This document shows, piece by piece, positions 38,427-51,377 of a DNA stretch of 64,000 bases; position 1 is the first letter of the stretch, and each line of letters begins with the position of its first letter. Position numbers and translations under genes: made by a program. The notes beneath the pieces are model-generated. The model was not told where the DNA came from. It ran no database searches and worked only from the letters and a program-made list of their open reading frames with translations. The DNA comes from Rhizophagus irregularis (Eukaryota): NCBI RefSeq assembly GCF_026210795.1, contig NC_089431.1, positions 1,550,001 to 1,614,000 of the forward strand, read 5' to 3'.

Positions 38427-38625
38427 CCCTGTAAAAAATCTGATCCGTGTTTTATCTTTCTATGTTTTTTCTGTGAATTTATCATTTTCATGGAATTAAT
38501 AGCCTTAAATCATGGAAACTTTCATCTCGCTAACACGGATATCCGTGAATGTATCATTTTCACGGAATTTTTACGGAAGACACGGAGAAATAATGGAAAT
38601 ATTCGGATAAAAATTTTTTATAGGG
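38427..38625. mobile_element. MITE, CCCTGTAAAAAA...TTTTTTATAGGG
   Basis: 12-bp TIRs with one mismatch, AAT on both flanks (possible 3-bp TSD), and repeated subterminal ccgt/acgg motifs (CACTA/CMC-like organisation, inferred). Confidence 0.75.
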
Positions 38626-39443
38626 AATGGTGCGGTAAACTGTGATAGTAACGGTTAAAGTGTTATTTAAAATTGCGCGTTATATTAGGATAAATTTCGA
38701 AATTCGTTCTGATTAATAGTTATTTTTATGATTATAAATTATCTAAGAATGTCTGAAAGAAAATTCTATTTTATCCGATTCTTTGAAAATGGTCGAATAT
38801 ATAAACTTTTTCGTTATATTTTAAATAGCCATGCAGTTCTGAGAAAATTTTATACATTACTAATAGTATCAGCATAACCATTTCACTCATTTCACACAAT
38901 TTCACAATCGCAGACTACTAAGTAATATCTTCTAGAAAGAAATTGCCAATTGCAAAGTTGCTTCTTTTAAATCAGTGGTGTGCTTGGAAGGTTTCTGATA
39001 ACTTTTATTGGAATTGGAAGGCATGTTGGAAGATTTGAAGTTCCAATATATCATGTGCGTTGAAAGCTTCCAATACTTTCAAAACTTCCAAGTTCCAATT
39101 ATATATCCATGAAAAATTTTTAAATAGATAAAAATTTTTCTCAAACGTTTCTTTTATTTTACATTTACCAACTTAAAAACAATGACCGCTAAAAGAAAAC
39201 ATAAACCTAAAACCATCGTCTATTCGCCTAACACAGTACTTAGCAAACAAAATAATCGGAAATAACCGTTTTAATATCTAACGAAGTTTAAATCAGTAAA
39301 TCATATGGTTTAATTGGATAATGGAATTCTTCAATAGGTTGATCATAATTACGTCATGTTTACCATGTTTACCATATTTAGAATATTTATTACGTACAAA
39401 TTTTAAATTTTTGATTTTTTTTCGCTCATTCTCGTTCTTAAAA

Positions 39444-40841
39444 ATGACGAAAGGATATTCATTAGAACAAGATTTAAGGTTATTAATGAATAATGAAAAA
39501 TATAGTGATATAGAAATAATATGTGAAAATGAAAAGAAATTACATGGTTCTAGAGTAATCTTAGCAGCAAGGTCAGAAGTATTTGACAGATTACTTTATA
39601 GGACGAAAGAAAATCGAATTTCTTTTTCAAACATTAATTTCTCCGTAATGAAAATTATATTAGAATATATTTATACTGGTTCAATTAAAAAAGAATCTTT
39701 AGATAGAAATAATATAATTGAAACCTTTTATGCTGCGGGTCATTTTCAATTACCATCTCTTCAGGAATTTATTCTGGCATCTATTAAGAATGCGAGTTAT
39801 TTAGAAAATTATTCACCAGAATTGTTATCCAAAATTGTGGATATAATGCCATTATCAGAAGATAATATTCTTCTAAATTTATTGGTTGAAACAGTATCAA
39901 TTATATCATTGGATACTATTGAACATGGTCGATTATCTATTAAAGCACTTCGACATCTTTTATCTTGTACTTATAAAAAAGAAAAACCCTTTGCCACTCC
40001 AGAATATGAAGTTTTTCGATATAGTGCTATTCTTGCTGCAAAACAAGTTTCTAATGATGCATATGAAAATATTATGGAACGGTTACCGGCCTTAGATCAA
40101 ATAAAAAATTCAAATCAAGTACAAAACAATTCTATTACTGATCATCAAAAAATTGAAAAGGAATTGGAGCCTTTGACTCATTTCATTGATTTTAGTCAAA
40201 TAGAAAGACAAATTTTAACTGATTTTATCGAACCATTAGGAATCACTTCATCAAATTTGATTTTAAATGTCTATCGTCAAATAGTTAAATCAAATAATTT
40301 ATATTCTAGTGGAATACGAGGAATATCAATGTATAAATTTAAAGAGTCAAATTATGTTTGGGATGAATCAGCATGTGGACCCAAACTTATTTTTGAAGAT
40401 AATGGAAAAGTTGTGTACGCGCCAGATGGTTGTGGACATCAAAGTGTTAGAGCTAAAATGCCATTAGATTATAAAGGAATTTTTGAATGGAGCGTCATTA
40501 TTGAAAAATATTGTGTAAATGCTTGGGTTGGGGTATGTGCATCAGAAAATTTTAGTTTTGAATGGTGGGCGGGATGTCAACCTACTGGATGGGCTTTAGG
40601 CACTTGTGGTTACTTCCATAATTCTAACAAGGTATTGAAGTATTGCTCACAATTTCAAAATAATGACATTAAAGTAACAGTTCATTTAAATATGTATAAA
40701 AAAACTTGCGCTTTTTCGGTTAATGATATGATGTATAAGGAAATATCAGTGAAAGATTTACCGTCAAAACTTTACCCAGTAGTATCATTAAAGAATAATG
40801 GTCGCCTTCGAATTCTGCCTTATCAAAAAGTAAATTTTTGA
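39444..40841 (+). CDS. BTB/POZ-SPRY family protein
   Basis: ORF track 39321..40841; start placed at the conserved MTKGYSLEQ ATG (39444). Confidence 0.9.
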   Translation: MTKGYSLEQDLRLLMNNEKYSDIEIICENEKKLHGSRVILAARSEVFDRLLYRTKENRISFSNINFSVMKIILEYIYTGSIKKESLDRNNIIETFYAAGHFQLPSLQEFILASIKNASYLENYSPELLSKIVDIMPLSEDNILLNLLVETVSIISLDTIEHGRLSIKALRHLLSCTYKKEKPFATPEYEVFRYSAILAAKQVSNDAYENIMERLPALDQIKNSNQVQNNSITDHQKIEKELEPLTHFIDFSQIERQILTDFIEPLGITSSNLILNVYRQIVKSNNLYSSGIRGISMYKFKESNYVWDESACGPKLIFEDNGKVVYAPDGCGHQSVRAKMPLDYKGIFEWSVIIEKYCVNAWVGVCASENFSFEWWAGCQPTGWALGTCGYFHNSNKVLKYCSQFQNNDIKVTVHLNMYKKTCAFSVNDMMYKEISVKDLPSKLYPVVSLKNNGRLRILPYQKVNF

Positions 40842-41294
40842 TAGCTAAAAAAAAATTATTGTATTTATTTTGGAAATTTTTACATCAACACAATTATGAT
40901 TTATTGTTCTTATTAACACTTGTCAAAAGAACATCTTTATATTTTCCCAACTGATTGTTGAATAATAGTACTATGAAGAATCATCGAATGATGATGACAT
41001 TTAAATATGGATTTATTATTTTGTTGTATTTTTTTTTTAAATAAAAGCTATAGTTTTAGCAGCCAAATAATTTCTTAAGTATTCAAGTTGTAGATATTAC
41101 TTCTAAAACTGTGTGGTAATTTTTCATTGATTTACAGATGCAGTTAAAATCAGATTGAAATTTGGTGGTGTGAAATGTAGGACAGGTTGACTTGTATAGG
41201 AAAGCCTATTTTTTCACATTGGCGGTGAAGCGTAATTTTTTTTCACAAAGGTGAATGGCACACTTGCATAATTACGTCACTTAGCATTTTACTT

Positions 41295-41531
41295 TTAAAT
41301 AAATATGGTTTTAAATTCTTTAAGCTTGTATTCATCGCTTTCAGTGACGTCAACCTTCCAAAGATTCATAAAGTCAGCATCATCGATTCCTAACGTATCT
41401 TTTTTCCTATCCAAAATAAGGACAATTTCGACATTAATACGATAAATCTCGGTAACATTAGCAATGTTAATCGCAAAAGCATCATCAAAAGAAGTCTTTC
41501 CTAAGAGTAAACAATTTAGTGACGCCACCAT
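41295..41531 (-). pseudogene. Crinkler (CRN) N-terminal domain fragment
   Basis: MVASLNCLLLG..FDDAFAINI...LWKVDV matches the ubiquitin-like CRN N-terminus pattern (L.C.V.G..AF.V.I..LWKV). No C-terminal domain follows. Confidence 0.7.
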
Positions 41532-42371
41532 TTTGTAAATAATTCTGTAAAGATGACAAAATGAATTTTTAGAGAAGAAATATTTTTTAGAGAGAGAAAG
41601 TTTTGGATATATATACTTGTAAAAACCTTTCTGAATTCATCATGATTAATAATACTTGATCAGTGGCTTATAATGACGATATATAGGTACTTTGAAAAAT
41701 CAGTAAAAATCTATGCGAAAGAAATGATTAATATGAAGAGTATTAAAAAAGTGAATTAACTGTTACGCAAATTTTTCGGTCATACGGGTCGTATCCATTT
41801 GCCTATTTCATACCAGAATTTTTTTTATGGAAACGACAATATAATCAACACAAGATAAATTACTAATTGTGAGTATTGTACTACCAACTTAATGCTTTTG
41901 TTTACTATAAACTCGTATATAATTCTTCCACATGGAATTAATTATAAATAAATATTATAATACTGATAAGTATTATCAGTTATATACCAATTTTATTAAT
42001 TTATATGTAATTATTTAAAAAGTATTCATTTATTATATATTATCAATAAAGCTAATCAATAAATGTAAAAAAAAATTTATTTATTCATTAAAAAATTTAT
42101 TTGACTACTAGTAACGTAATTAATTATATTGAATATATTGAATATACAGTATTAGCAAATCTTAAAATAAAAAAAAAAGTACGACCAAAAAGAATGAGAG
42201 TCAGAAGGTATATTTTTAATAATTAACAAATTTATAATATTAATGATTGTTGTTTATTTAAATTTTGATGATGATAGGAAAAGAAACGCTATGTTAAATG
42301 TTCTCAGAAATGATTTCAAAATTAAAAGTGCAGTAATAATTCCCTAATTACTAAAGTTAAATATAATATTA

Positions 42372-42732
42372 TGTTAGCATATATCAATAATCAAGTATGC
42401 CCATAACATAGAAATATGTGTCACTTCCACGGGCACCACGGCCTGCCCTCCCATATGAGTCAGCTTGTGGGACCACCTATATGGCATCATTGTAGTTACG
42501 ACATTGTGCACAAAGCAGATGACTACTAGTCTGTAGCATATGGTACGTACTATGAACACATAAACCCCTATGTCATAACACTTAAAATGACGCACGCCCA
42601 TAAAGCAAGTAGAACCATACAACGGAAATACTTGCCTTAAATCCTTATGTTTTTTTGATGTTAGTGATCAGTGATCCGCAGTTGAATTAGTGATCCGCAG
42701 TTGAATTTCGTGTTAAAAACAAATATATCACA
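42372..42732. mobile_element. Probable solo LTR (361 bp)
   Basis: GC-richer island bounded by TG (tgttagcatatat) and CA (atatatcaca), with ATTA on both sides (42368-71, 42733-36). Internal duplicated agtgatccgcagttgaatt. Confidence 0.55.
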
Positions 42733-44388
42733 ATTATAAACCACTAGGCCTTGTTGCACTGTCAGTCGATTGTATTGTATTGGTTTTGCAATTGGCTGAA
42801 AGAGTAATGGATTTTTGTATGTATGTATTTAAAAAAGTGGATTTTTTGAGTGCGAAAAAGGTGATTTTTATAGTTTTATGGAATATATTTTCTCTGAGAT
42901 TTTTACTCATGTTGAATCATCAATCATAAACAAAGATCTTTTATGACTCGGCATGAACACACTATTTTTACCAGAATACTTGAGAATTCTCATGCGAACA
43001 TAAAACGCTTTTATGACTCAGCATGACATATTTACTTATTATAAATAAAAATATGGATAATAAATATACACATGAAATACATCGTCATCCTTATTATGTT
43101 GATGACTCAAGTCTAAACCCGATTACAATAAAAATTTTATTGCTGCTGATAAATTCATTCTGAATGGGTAAATACTAATTATGATTCATATTTAAACATA
43201 TTAATTATATTTTTAATTTTTTTTATTTGATAACCAATAAAATCGATTCTGATTCGATTAATTCAATTCGATAGCGACATTTTGATAACTGTTTGCGTAA
43301 TAGTGTTTGTTAATTAATATACTAATAAATGATTTAATTATAATTCCTTGCCATTTTTTTAAAACTCTATTATGTAATTACCTATATTTGACAAATTATA
43401 TATTATTTATAAAAATGACCCGTAAAAAAAGTTTTAAATTTCTTTTTTCCATAAAAGGCTAATAATTAATAGCCTTATATCTTATTATACGTGAATGAAT
43501 CCGGGAAAGGCCATTTTTACAGAGTTTTTGCAAAAATAACAAAAAATTTTTTAAAAAAATTGATTGGCCGGTTTTATCTACAAAGTTCAAAATGGGATAT
43601 CGTTACTTCAAAATGGCATTCAATAGCAGTCTCAAGTTATTCAAAATAGGGATGAAAAAAGGCGATATCCTACGACTAAACCCATAATTTAAAAAATCAA
43701 ATAGTTTTTCGTTTAATTCAATAAAAATATTTTTGAATGGTTGTTCTACGCGAATCATGACATTTGTTAAAAAACATTTTTTGAATGGATCTTTAATAAA
43801 TTTTACAGGAAAAATTAAACATATAGTAAATAAATTTTTGTATATCGTATGTGAAGTAGTGTATTTAATAATTTATATATTTTATTGAGATTGATCCTGA
43901 ATACGGTAATAATAATTTACCATTGATTCAAATATGTGGATTTTTTATAAATAGGAACACTATTATACTATTTTATTGACTAATTATAGCGTAAGAAATT
44001 TCAATAAATAAATTTGTTAGAAAATTTTCATTTCAAACAAACATAATATATATATTTTTTTTGGTTTACTGATTTTAGGTCTTTTTTTACACTTAGAATT
44101 TTCTAATTTACATTCATGTGTATTTTTAGTTACAGTATTTATTTATAAAAATGTAAAAATATTTATTATAGCGATAAGCATGTCTAAAATAGTTTATTAA
44201 ACTTGTTTGTATAACTGTTACATAATTACAGTACATAGCATTCAGATCATACTAAAATTCAGATTTTGAAATTTAATTTTTTTTTTAAAAAAAAAATTTT
44301 TTCATTTTTCCAATTTATATTTGTATTTATTTTAATAATAAAATAAAAAAAAATTTTCATTTTAAACCTTTATTATAAAAATTGTATT

Positions 44389-46660
44389 ATGTCTAATATT
44401 CGATGAGAATTAATTTATGCAACAGCTAATAGAGCATATTCGTTAATTGATTATAATATTCACACTGACTCGCACAAACGATATGAATTTCAAAAACAAT
44501 TTATTCTAGATGATAAACTTCTTACAGATGATGAAAAAACTGAAGCAATAATAAAATTAACTAAAACTTATGACCGAAATAAAATTCTTAATAATTCAGG
44601 AACAAAAAGAATTTGTGAAAATTGTAATCAAGAATGTTTAGCAACATTATATTGTGAATATTGTGTTCGAAATTATTTAAAAGCAAATTTTAAAAATTGG
44701 ACATCCGGAAATAATGATATTGATAATTTAATACAGAAATGTCAATCAGAAGCACTTAAGCCAAATAAAGTAGTTGAATGGATCCCATATAATAATCTAA
44801 AAAATATTAAATATCTAACAAAAGGTGGATTCTCCGAAATTTATACAGCAAGATGGATTGGTGGAAGATATGATAAATGGAATTCTAATGAACAGCAATT
44901 AGAAAGATTTGGAACTATTACAGTAATACTTAAAAAATTAGAAAATGTCGAAAATGCAAATCAAAGTTGGCTTGAAGAGTATGAAATTTAAAGTTTTTTA
45001 TATTAACAATGGCATGTTATCATTTAGGTTAAATCACATTTAACTGTAGGCAATAAAACTCCTACTATTGTCGGTTGCTTTGGTTTAACACAAAACTTAT
45101 CAAATGGAAATTACATGCTTGTAATGAGAAAAATGGATATAAATTTAAGAGAATATTTGCAACAAAATTATAATCAACTTACATGGAAAGAAAAAATTAG
45201 AATTGCTTTTGAAATAATTTATGCACTTTATTTTATTCATTTTGAAAAGGCAATTCGTAGAGATTTGCACTCTGGAAACATATTATATTCACAACATAAT
45301 CATAGTTGGCGTATTAGTGATCTTGGATTTTGTGGACCTGCTGATAAATCATCATAAAGTATATATGGAAATCTTCCTTACATAGCACCCGAAGTTATTA
45401 ATGGAAAAGGATATACTTTTGCATCTGATATTTATAGTAATGCAATACTTATGTGGGAAATCTCATCTGGATATTCACCATTTATTGATAATATAAAGCA
45501 TGATGATTATAATCTTGCAATGGATATAATTAATGTATGAGACCAGAAATTATGTCAGATATTCCTTTAGAATATAAAGTTTAATGGTACAATGTTGGGA
45601 TGCTGATCCATTAAAAAGACTTGAAATACGATCTCTTCAGAGAAAAATAAGAGAGATTCATCTATCATATCAAAATATGCCAAATGAATTTTTCCAGTTA
45701 AAAGCAGTGAATAATTTTGAAATAAAAACTAGTATAAATTATACAAGTAGCAGATTATTTACGAGCAAAGTTCATCAATTTGAAAATTTACCCGAACCAA
45801 AAAATGCAACAGAAGGTATTATTTATTAAGTTTTTTGTTTATTGATTGATATATGATGACGTTACTAATTTTTTTTTAATTTAAATGTACTCGTTATAGA
45901 AGAACAAGAAGGTTAGCTTTTTATTGTTATTTTATTAACTATTATAATAATTTATAACCTATTTTTCTTATTTTTTAAATAGCATTTCATAGTAAAACAT
46001 ATGACTTTAGTATTCCTGATAATAGTAGGTATTTATTGGAATTTTCATTTGATGAAATATTTATTAATCAAATTTTTGTTTTTTAGTTGAAGATTTTAAT
46101 ATTAATAATTCAAACGATCAGAAGATTAATAAAACATCAAAAATAAATAGTATTTTTAAAGGTAATTTATTTATATATTCAAATTTTTGAAATAATGATA
46201 CAAATTTATCTCGATTTTAGGTGATAGTAAAAGATTATCTAAAGAATTTAAAAAGTTACAAATAAGTTCAAAGAATGGTAAATAATATTATTCTAAATTT
46301 TAATCGTTTATTAAGCAATATTTATTATAATCTTAATTATTTATTTATTTAAAATTTAGACATTCCAATTGATCATAAAAAAGAAACAATGCAACAAATG
46401 AAAGGATCAGTTAACGGCAAGTAATTTTTTTTTGCTATAAATTTTTCATTTTATTTTGCAGTGTTTAAATTAAAAACTTTTGTCCTTTTATAGATGATGA
46501 CGAAATACATAATAATCCAAACTTTCATTGAATTTGAGATTCCCGATGGTTAGTTTCTTAATATTTTTCTATTTCTCTTAATATTGTATAAATAATATCT
46601 TAATTACTAATTTATATTATTTATATGTATTCTTTTTTAGATGGATTTTAAAATAACAAA
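44389..46660 (+). pseudogene. Tyrosine-kinase-like protein kinase pseudogene with short 3' exons
   Basis: CENC..YCEYC, NWTSGNNDID, EWIPY, KGGFSEIYTARW, RDLHSGNIL, ISDLGFCGP, YGNLPYIAPE, CWDADP. Stops at 44404 (TGA) and 45355 (TAA), frameshift near 45535, HRD changed to RRD. Confidence 0.9.
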
Positions 46661-47034
46661 CGATATTGGAAATTTTATTTTGAATTATTTAAACACTAAG
46701 ACTAGAGTAGTAAAATATTTTACGCGTTTCTTAGTTTGTAATTTAAATAATTTAAATAATTTTTTTTATATATTATATATTATCAATAAATTTAAAACTC
46801 TCATCACTGATGATTTTATATTGCTTTTTTGGCAGCCATTTTTCCAAAGTTGTGATAAGCTGAATAACTTATAAATCTAACCAGTTGAAAACCGCAGAAC
46901 TCAGGATTTTAACTTTTGGAATTATTTGCTTTCAAGATTTTTGATCATTAAAATCACGAACCATCAGCCGAAAAAAAGCAGACTCGTGATAATTGCCGCA
47001 GTTCTTTTATTGGAATTTCGTGATTACTGTAAAA

Positions 47035-47358
47035 TATAAATAATCCAATGTATGGTGATATAGAAATGTGAAAAGAAATTACATGATTCTAGAGCAATTT
47101 TAGCAGCAAGATCAGAAGTATTACAGATTACTTTATAATGGGATGAAAGAAAACCGAATTTCTTTTTCAATCATTATATGTTAGAATATATTTAAACTGG
47201 TCCAATTAAAAAAGAATCTTTAAATAGAAATAATCTAATTGGATCCTTTTATGCAGCGGTTCATCAGAATTTATTTTGTCAACTATTAAAGATACGGATT
47301 ATTTGGAGCAGAATTATTATCAAAAATTGTGGATATAATGCCATTATCAGAAGATAAT
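47035..47358 (+). pseudogene. BTB-domain fragment of the BTB-SPRY family
   Basis: tctagagcaattttagcagcaagatcagaagta..aaaaaagaatctttaaatagaaa..ataatgccattatcagaagataat with indels. Similarity stops abruptly at ~47358. Confidence 0.85.
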
Positions 47359-47378
47359 AACAAATTTCTTACATATAA

Positions 47379-47414
47379 CTAGAATATGCAATTTGCCGGG
47401 GGACTTCGTCCCCC
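47379..47414 (-). mobile_element. Helitron-like 3' terminus
   Basis: Minus strand reads hairpin gggggac-gaa-gtccccc, ~15 nt spacer, CTAG, then T. The 5' end of the element was not located. Confidence 0.55.
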
Positions 47415-47934
47415 AAATATAACATTTATAATTAAAAAAATTCTTTGATATAAATAAATTGAATTGTATGTAAAATCACTAAAATATTACTGAATAATAA
47501 AATTTATTATAATTAGATCCTATAAAAAATCATGTTTTTAATAAGGTTTTATACAATTTTTTGTTAAAAATAATATTTCTAATCTATATAGGAATACAGA
47601 AAATGCACGATTCCATATTACAAAATGCATCATTTGCATGATTTGACCATAATTTATGCTGAATTTATATTGATTTGATCACAGAAATTACATACTTTAA
47701 GCATAGAATTTACATGATTTGGTTAATGAATTTACTATTAGTTGCATTTATATGAATTTGATTTTAATAATATTTTATTAAATTATTAAATCAAATATAA
47801 AAATAAAAAAAAATCCTTAGTATCAATGTGATTATAATTAGCCAATAATATAAATTAATTCTTATGATTTAAAATAATGATGTAAGTTGTAATAAGTGTT
47901 TTAAATTTAATACAGCTACAAAAAAATGAAATCT

Positions 47935-48899
47935 TATAAAAATTAATATTCAAGTAGAATCAACCCGCCTGAACAACTTTCAATTAATAAATGAAGTTGA
48001 TTTCATTTGTCCAAAGTAGATATATTACGCTCTAAATTAAAAAAACAGAAAAGAGAGTTAATATCGTTAAGAAAAATGCAATTTTCTTTAAGCACTACAC
48101 CTACATTCATAAAAATTAATATTCAAGTAGAATCAATCCACCTGAACAATTTTTAATTAATAAATAAAGTTGATTTCATTTGTCCAAAGTGGAGATATTA
48201 CGCTCTAAATTAAAAAAACAGAAAAGATAGAGAGTTAATATCATCAAGAAAAATGCAATCTTCTCTAAGCACTACACCTATATTCATGAAAATTAATATT
48301 CAAGTAGAATCAACCCACCTGAACAACTTTCAATTAATAAATGAAGTTGATTTCATTTGTCCAAAGTGGAGATATTACGCTCTAATTAAAAAAAAACAGA
48401 AAAGAGAGTTAATATCATCAAGAAAAATGCAATCTTCTCTAAGTACTACACCTATATTCATGAAAATTAATATTCAAGCAGAATCAACCCACCTGAACAA
48501 CTTTCAATTAATAAATGAAGTTGATTTCATTTGTCCAAAGTGGAGATATTACGCTCTAAATTAAAAAAACAGAAAAGAGAGTTAATATCATCAAGAAAAA
48601 TGCAATCTTCTTTAAGCACTACACCTATATTCATGAAAATTAATATTCAAGTAGAATCAACCCGCCTGAACAACTTTCAATTAATAAATAAAGTTGATTT
48701 CATTTGTCCAAAGTGAAGATATTACGCTCTAAATTAAAAAAAAAAACAGAAAAGAGAGTTAATATCATCAAGAAAAATGCAATCTTCTCTAAGCACTACA
48801 TCTACATTCATGAAAATTAATATTCAAGTGCTTTTAACCCGCCTGAACAACTTTCAATTAATAAATAAAGTTGATTTCATTTGTCCAAAGTGGAGATTA
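47935..48899. repeat. Tandem repeat, ~5.5 copies of 173-177 bp
   Basis: attaatattcaag recurs at 47942, 48115, 48292, 48466, 48639 and 48816. Confidence 0.95.
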
Positions 48900-50474
48900 T
48901 AGTGTGTTTGGAAAAAGAAGTTTAATTTAAAAAAATTTTATATAAAAAAAATGTAATATAAAAATTAAGAACTGAGTTGACAAAAATTTGAAATAACATG
49001 AATTTTAAATTAATTCTTTCATTAATTATAAATTCAAGTAGTTTAAAAATAAAAATAGTAAAAAAAAATATTTTTTATGAAATATCACAGTATTTTTTAA
49101 AAGAAATACACTTATAATTTTAATTTGTAATTATGTAATATCCAAATATTTAATCTTACAAATAGAAAAAATGTAAAAAAAATTTTATGATGTTTTTGAA
49201 AAAATTTTAAATTTTTGAAAAAAAATTTCGTCTAACACTTTTTTAATTGATTATCACAAGATCTGCATGATCATCTATACGTTTTTAATTTTTTTAACTT
49301 TATTTATTTCTTAAATAAGGGGGACTTCGTCCCCCAAGCATATCATTTGTTCATATATGCCAATTTTTGGAATTAGCACTTTTTGATTCTAAAAAACAAA
49401 CTTTACCAAATTACCGGTTGCACAAAATAATAATCTATGAATAAAATTGTTAATCATATTTTTTTTAATACACCATTATTAAAATTTAAATAATCATTAT
49501 AAAATTCTTGGAACAAAATTGCAAATAACTTGATGTCTATGTAAGATAAATGGATGAATTTATATTCATCCAAAAGAGAAAATTAAGACCTATCTAATGA
49601 ATCCAAAAACAAATGAATTGATTCACTGGTTGCTGAGCAAATGCATTCAATATATTTTTTTTTAATTTTTATCTTTGATTGTTGATATCACCATGCCTAG
49701 TAATGCTAAAATAAAGTACATTCTTACCTTTCAAATGAGTTTAAAATCATTTGATTAGTATATGTGAATGCCAAGATATTAATGAACTTGTTAATTGCAT
49801 AAACTAACATAAAGTTATCATTTCTTATCAAAAAAAAAATTTTAGAATCTTATTAACTTAAAAAAAATAAAAAATCTTATATTTTTAATATTTTATATAA
49901 AAAAAAGTAGGGAACTGAAGTTAAAACAAATAAAAAATAATTTTTTCTTATGAATAATAATTTTTTTTTTACTTACTGTTTAAAATAACCACTTTATATA
50001 TTTATTAATTTTTTTTAACAAAAAAGTGATTGAAAAGTGATTGAAAAAAAGAATTGGTTATTATCTTTATTTTTGAATATAATAAAAAAAATTTTTTTAT
50101 TTTCTGATAAATTTGGATTATCTGAACATATAACACATATTTAATTTAGGTTTATAAAAGTTAAATGGATAAAATTTTATGAAAAATTTAATTTTGGATT
50201 AACTTTACTAACTGAAAGTTTCTTGAAGTTAAATCAGATGACCTTTGATTAAATATGTATTAAATTTTTTGTGAAGTTTAAAAATTGATAAGTATTGAAT
50301 AAAAAGTAAAATAATTCTACAAAAAATAATATAGTATTGAACAATACAATGAGCAATTCTTGAGTGAATAATGTTCAGTAAATGTCAATAATCAGTACAT
50401 AATATTATTTTGCGTATTGTTTAAAGCTTCTGGCCAAATGGTTCCAATTTTTATTTTTTTTGATAATGTGTCAA

Positions 50475-50593
50475 AATAACTCGCCATCTATCGATGCTAA
50501 AATGATGATTTTGGCATCATTTGAAAGCTCTCGATAAGAGGATTCTAATGAGCTCTTAATCGTCTTTCTACGACCACTGGATGGTGAGTTATT
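50475..50593. repeat. Imperfect inverted repeat
   Basis: aataactcgccatc..atgatgatt / aatcgtc..gatggtgagttatt around tttgaaagctctcgataagaggattctaatg. Confidence 0.6.
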
Positions 50594-51377
50594 ACGTGAA
50601 AACGATTCTGACCAATTAAAAAAGAATTGAAAATTGGAACTGTTCGGAGCTTTTTTATTATTCAATGTTTTGATCATTGAAATGATCAACGCACTAGTAT
50701 TATTGGTTTAATTTTTAATATAAAAATTATATTGTAATGGATAAAATAATTAAAACAATATATTATTTTTATTTAATAAATTTTAGTAAAAACTTCATTA
50801 TTTAATTAAATGTTAATTAAATTTAATTGTTTTTTCATTTTTAATTTTTTTTTAATTTTTTTTTATTTATCTCTTTGACGATGATCAAAGAAAAAAGATG
50901 ATCAACAAAATTTTTTTTTTACAAAAGTTTATTATTTGATAATTAAACTTAACAAGCAATAAGAGTATCACAGAAGTGCCCAATTTATGATTTTATTCTA
51001 ATGATGTCAAAAGAAGCAATATTTGCATATAGCAATATTTTTTGAAATATTAGCATTAAATAATGTATTACTATTGAAATTGCGAATATGCATATGCATA
51101 AATTTGAACTCTAAAGTTCGCGTTGCACACTTCCAAATTTCTGAAAAAATACTTGAAGATCACACAACAAATACCAAATTAAGCGAAAAAGTACATTTAT
51201 TTGGAAAGTGATCATCAATAACTATCACATTAAAAGTATACTATCGCGAAATATCAAAATACGATTTTGAAAAAAAAACTTCTTCTTCTTTGTATTCAAG
51301 ACCATTTTTACTGCGGAATTTTTAAAGGAAAAAGTTCAATTTTAAGAGTAAGTTTATTAAGTTTTAACTTGTTCGAG

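Noticed and set aside
39007..39099. Short inverted repeat attggaattggaag / cttccaagttccaat
   Set aside because: Probably a degraded MITE; no clear TSD or second copy in the window.
43410..43560. Remnant resembling the 38427 MITE family
   Set aside because: Termini are lost and similarity is too patchy to delimit.
48253..48716. Repeat-encoded ORFs (MQSSLSTTPIF..)
   Set aside because: Unit lengths are mostly not multiples of 3 and other units carry stops, so these are by-products of the tandem repeat.
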